Positions 25,420 through 26,779 of a stretch of 26,779 nucleotides of DNA are shown one piece after another (the stretch's first letter is position 1; each line of letters begins with the position of its first letter). Below the pieces are notes generated by a model, which ran no database searches, had not been told where the DNA came from, and saw only the letters and a list, made by a program, of their open reading frames with translations. The stretch is from an uncultured Gammaproteobacteria bacterium. Lineage in GTDB: Bacteria; Patescibacteriota; Patescibacteriia; UBA9934. A program made the position numbers and the translations under genes. The stretch is from the NCBI GenBank assembly GCA_964357305.1, contig CAYHKX010000001.1, forward strand, positions 1 through 26,779, read 5' to 3'.

Positions 25420-25847
25420 ATGATGAAAACAGTTCGCATGTATGCTGACGGGGGATCGAGGGGGAATCCGGGGCCCGCTGCGGGTGCTGCGGTACTTTTT
25501 TGCTGAATGATGATGGCACCGAGGGGAAGCGTGTTAGTGATGCGGCAAAGTACATTGGCATTGATACGAATAATCAAGCGGAATACACCGGGATCATTAT
25601 TGGACTGCAAAAGGCGCTGGAGCTTGGGTATGATGTGGTCGACGTACGGTTAGACTCTGAACTTGCCGTGAAGCAACTCAACGGGCAGTACAAAGTGAAG
25701 CATCCAGAAATCGCCAAGCGATTCCTTGAGGTACACAATCTTCGCTCACAATTCCGGTCCGTGAAATTTTCTCACGTCTTCCGCGAGCAGAATGTCGCCG
25801 CCGACGCACTCGTGAACGAGACGCTTGATGCTAAAGCTAAGCTTTAA
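25420..25847 (+). pseudogene. rnhA: Ribonuclease HI, frameshifted at a T6 run (pseudogene, assembly error or recoding)
   Basis: The frame from 25420 gives MMKTVRMYADGGSRGNPGPAAGAAVLFC* (TGA 25504-25506). The -1 frame continues LLNDDG...TNNQAEY...DSELAVKQLNGQYKVK...HVFREQNVAADALVN. Confidence 0.8.
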
Positions 25848-25851
25848 CATG
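25829..25851 (+). repeat. 23-bp direct repeat, left copy (TGCTAAAGCTAAGCTTTAACATG)
   Basis: Identical to 26470-26492. Contains the palindrome AAGCT-A-AGCTT and the rnhA stop codon. Confidence 0.95.
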
Positions 25852-25852
25852 T

Positions 25853-26488
25853 ATGAGGACGACGCCGATGGTGAATGAATCGTACTATCACGTGTATAAC
25901 CGAGGCGTCGACCGACGGGATATTTTCTTGTCTGATGAAGATCGGCGTCGATACCTGAGAAGTTGCATTCTGTTTAATAATCAGATTGTTATACCCAGGA
26001 AGCCTGAGCTACTCATCGATGGAAGTCATCCGCATCAGGCATTGGATCCCTTGGTCTCTATCGCTTGTTATGTCTTGATGAATAATCACGTTCATGTCGT
26101 ATTGAAACAGATCGCTGATAATGGCGTAGCGAAGTTTATGCAGCGTCTTGGTACTGGATACACAAAGTATTTTAATCGCAAGCATGAAAGAACCGGATCG
26201 CTGTTCGAATCGACATATAAGTCTGTTCTCGTTGAGAGCGAGGAACAGTTTCTCCATTTGACGAGATATGTTCATCTCAATCCGATAGATCTTTTCCAAG
26301 AAGATGAAGATGATGGAGTAAGGGCACTCCAGGAATATCGATGGTCTAGTTTTCGACATTATATTGGGAAAACGAAGGATCCAATCGTCGATGATCTCGA
26401 GTTGAAGACGTTGTTTCGTCCCGATGGTTATCGAGATTTTGTTCTTGACTGGATCCCGAATCGGGGTTTTGCTAAAGCTAAGCTTTAA
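25853..26488 (+). CDS. REP-associated tyrosine (Y1/HUH, IS200-like) transposase
   Basis: YYHVYNRG, YVLMNNHVH (HUH), TGYTKYFN, GSLFESTYKS, RYVHLNP and YRWSS. Confidence 0.9.
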   Translation: MRTTPMVNESYYHVYNRGVDRRDIFLSDEDRRRYLRSCILFNNQIVIPRKPELLIDGSHPHQALDPLVSIACYVLMNNHVHVVLKQIADNGVAKFMQRLGTGYTKYFNRKHERTGSLFESTYKSVLVESEEQFLHLTRYVHLNPIDLFQEDEDDGVRALQEYRWSSFRHYIGKTKDPIVDDLELKTLFRPDGYRDFVLDWIPNRGFAKAKL

Positions 26489-26492
26489 CATG
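26470..26492 (+). repeat. 23-bp direct repeat, right copy
   Basis: Identical to 25829-25851; contains the RAYT stop codon. Confidence 0.95.
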
Positions 26493-26573
26493 ATTTTCAC
26501 ACGGCGATTTTAAAAAAATCCCTAAATCCCTAATATCAATCGATCAATTTTGCGAGAAATCACTTTTGGTAAT

Positions 26574-26589
26574 TGTTAAAGCTTAGCTT
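26574..26589 (-). repeat. Third, inverted 16-bp copy of the repeat core
   Basis: TGTTAAAGCTTAGCTT is the reverse complement of AAGCTAAGCTTTAACA. Confidence 0.9.
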
Positions 26590-26600
26590 CGACATTTGCG

Positions 26601-26609
26601 TGATATACT
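26601..26609 (+). promoter_or_regulatory. Putative extended -10 promoter (TGaTATACT) for pilM
   Basis: TG-n-TATACT ending 8 nt before ATG 26618. Confidence 0.6.
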
Positions 26610-26617
26610 TTCACTAT

Positions 26618-26779
26618 ATGTTTGGAGCAAAAAAAGAGGAGGTTTCTCATGGGCTGCTTGGTGTCGATATCGGCACATCGGGATTAAAAGTGGTGGAGCT
26701 CACGTCGGAAGGTGGAAAAATTCGATTGGTGACGTACGGGTACGCAGATATCGCGCCAGATAAAGATGCATCCGTGCTT
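26618..26779 (+). CDS. pilM: Type IV pilus assembly protein PilM (FtsA/actin-like), truncated at the window edge
   Basis: Manual translation MFGAKKEEVSHGLLGVDIGTSGLKVVELTSEGGKIRLVTYGYADIAP...; LGVDIGTSxLKVVEL is the PilM phosphate-1 motif. Confidence 0.85.
   Translation, partial: MFGAKKEEVSHGLLGVDIGTSGLKVVELTSEGGKIRLVTYGYADIAPDKDASVL

Larger units (their letters stand above)
25829..26492 (+). mobile_element. RAYT cassette bounded by 23-bp direct repeats
   Basis: The transposase ORF fills the space between two identical repeats 641 bp apart. Confidence 0.65.

Noticed and set aside
25504-25506. TGA recoding (genetic code 25) to explain the split RNase HI
   Set aside because: Read-through gives non-RNase H sequence (MMMAPRGSV...), and TGA ends malic enzyme, ugd and tgt at the expected positions.

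Overview
A gene-dense chromosomal window in standard code 11, with almost every gene on the + strand. The gene set, the near-absence of Shine-Dalgarno motifs and the family content suggest a Patescibacteria/CPR bacterium; this is inference, not a taxonomic search. Housekeeping content: UvrD/PcrA helicase, malic enzyme, ugd, LOG-family protein, TrmH-family methylase, tgt, secD-secF, a VirD4/TraD-like ATPase with a membrane partner, uppP, an RlmI/K-like methylase, a DEDD exonuclease, lepA, an ECF sigma/anti-sigma pair, recJ, RNase HI and the start of pilM. The most unusual signals are five. (1) A dispersed 7-bp repeat family (approx. C[TGA]ACG[TC][CA]) sits in frame in loops of UvrD, Tgt and LepA, supplies the recJ stop codon and forms an inverted pair around the secF terminator. 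(2) A RAYT/Y1 transposase is bounded by perfect 23-bp direct repeats that give it and the upstream RNase HI the same C-terminus (AKAKL-stop), with a third inverted copy just upstream of pilM. (3) SecD carries two parvulin PPIase-like domains in its periplasmic loop. (4) Tgt has lost all four zinc ligands and has a hybrid bacterial/eukaryote-like substrate pocket. (5) RNase HI is split by a frameshift at a T6 run. Three genes missing from the ORF track were found by hand: 1..246 (-), 23606..23704 and 26618..26779. No CRISPR array, tRNA or rRNA was seen. All calls rest on motif recognition by eye; no database searches were run.
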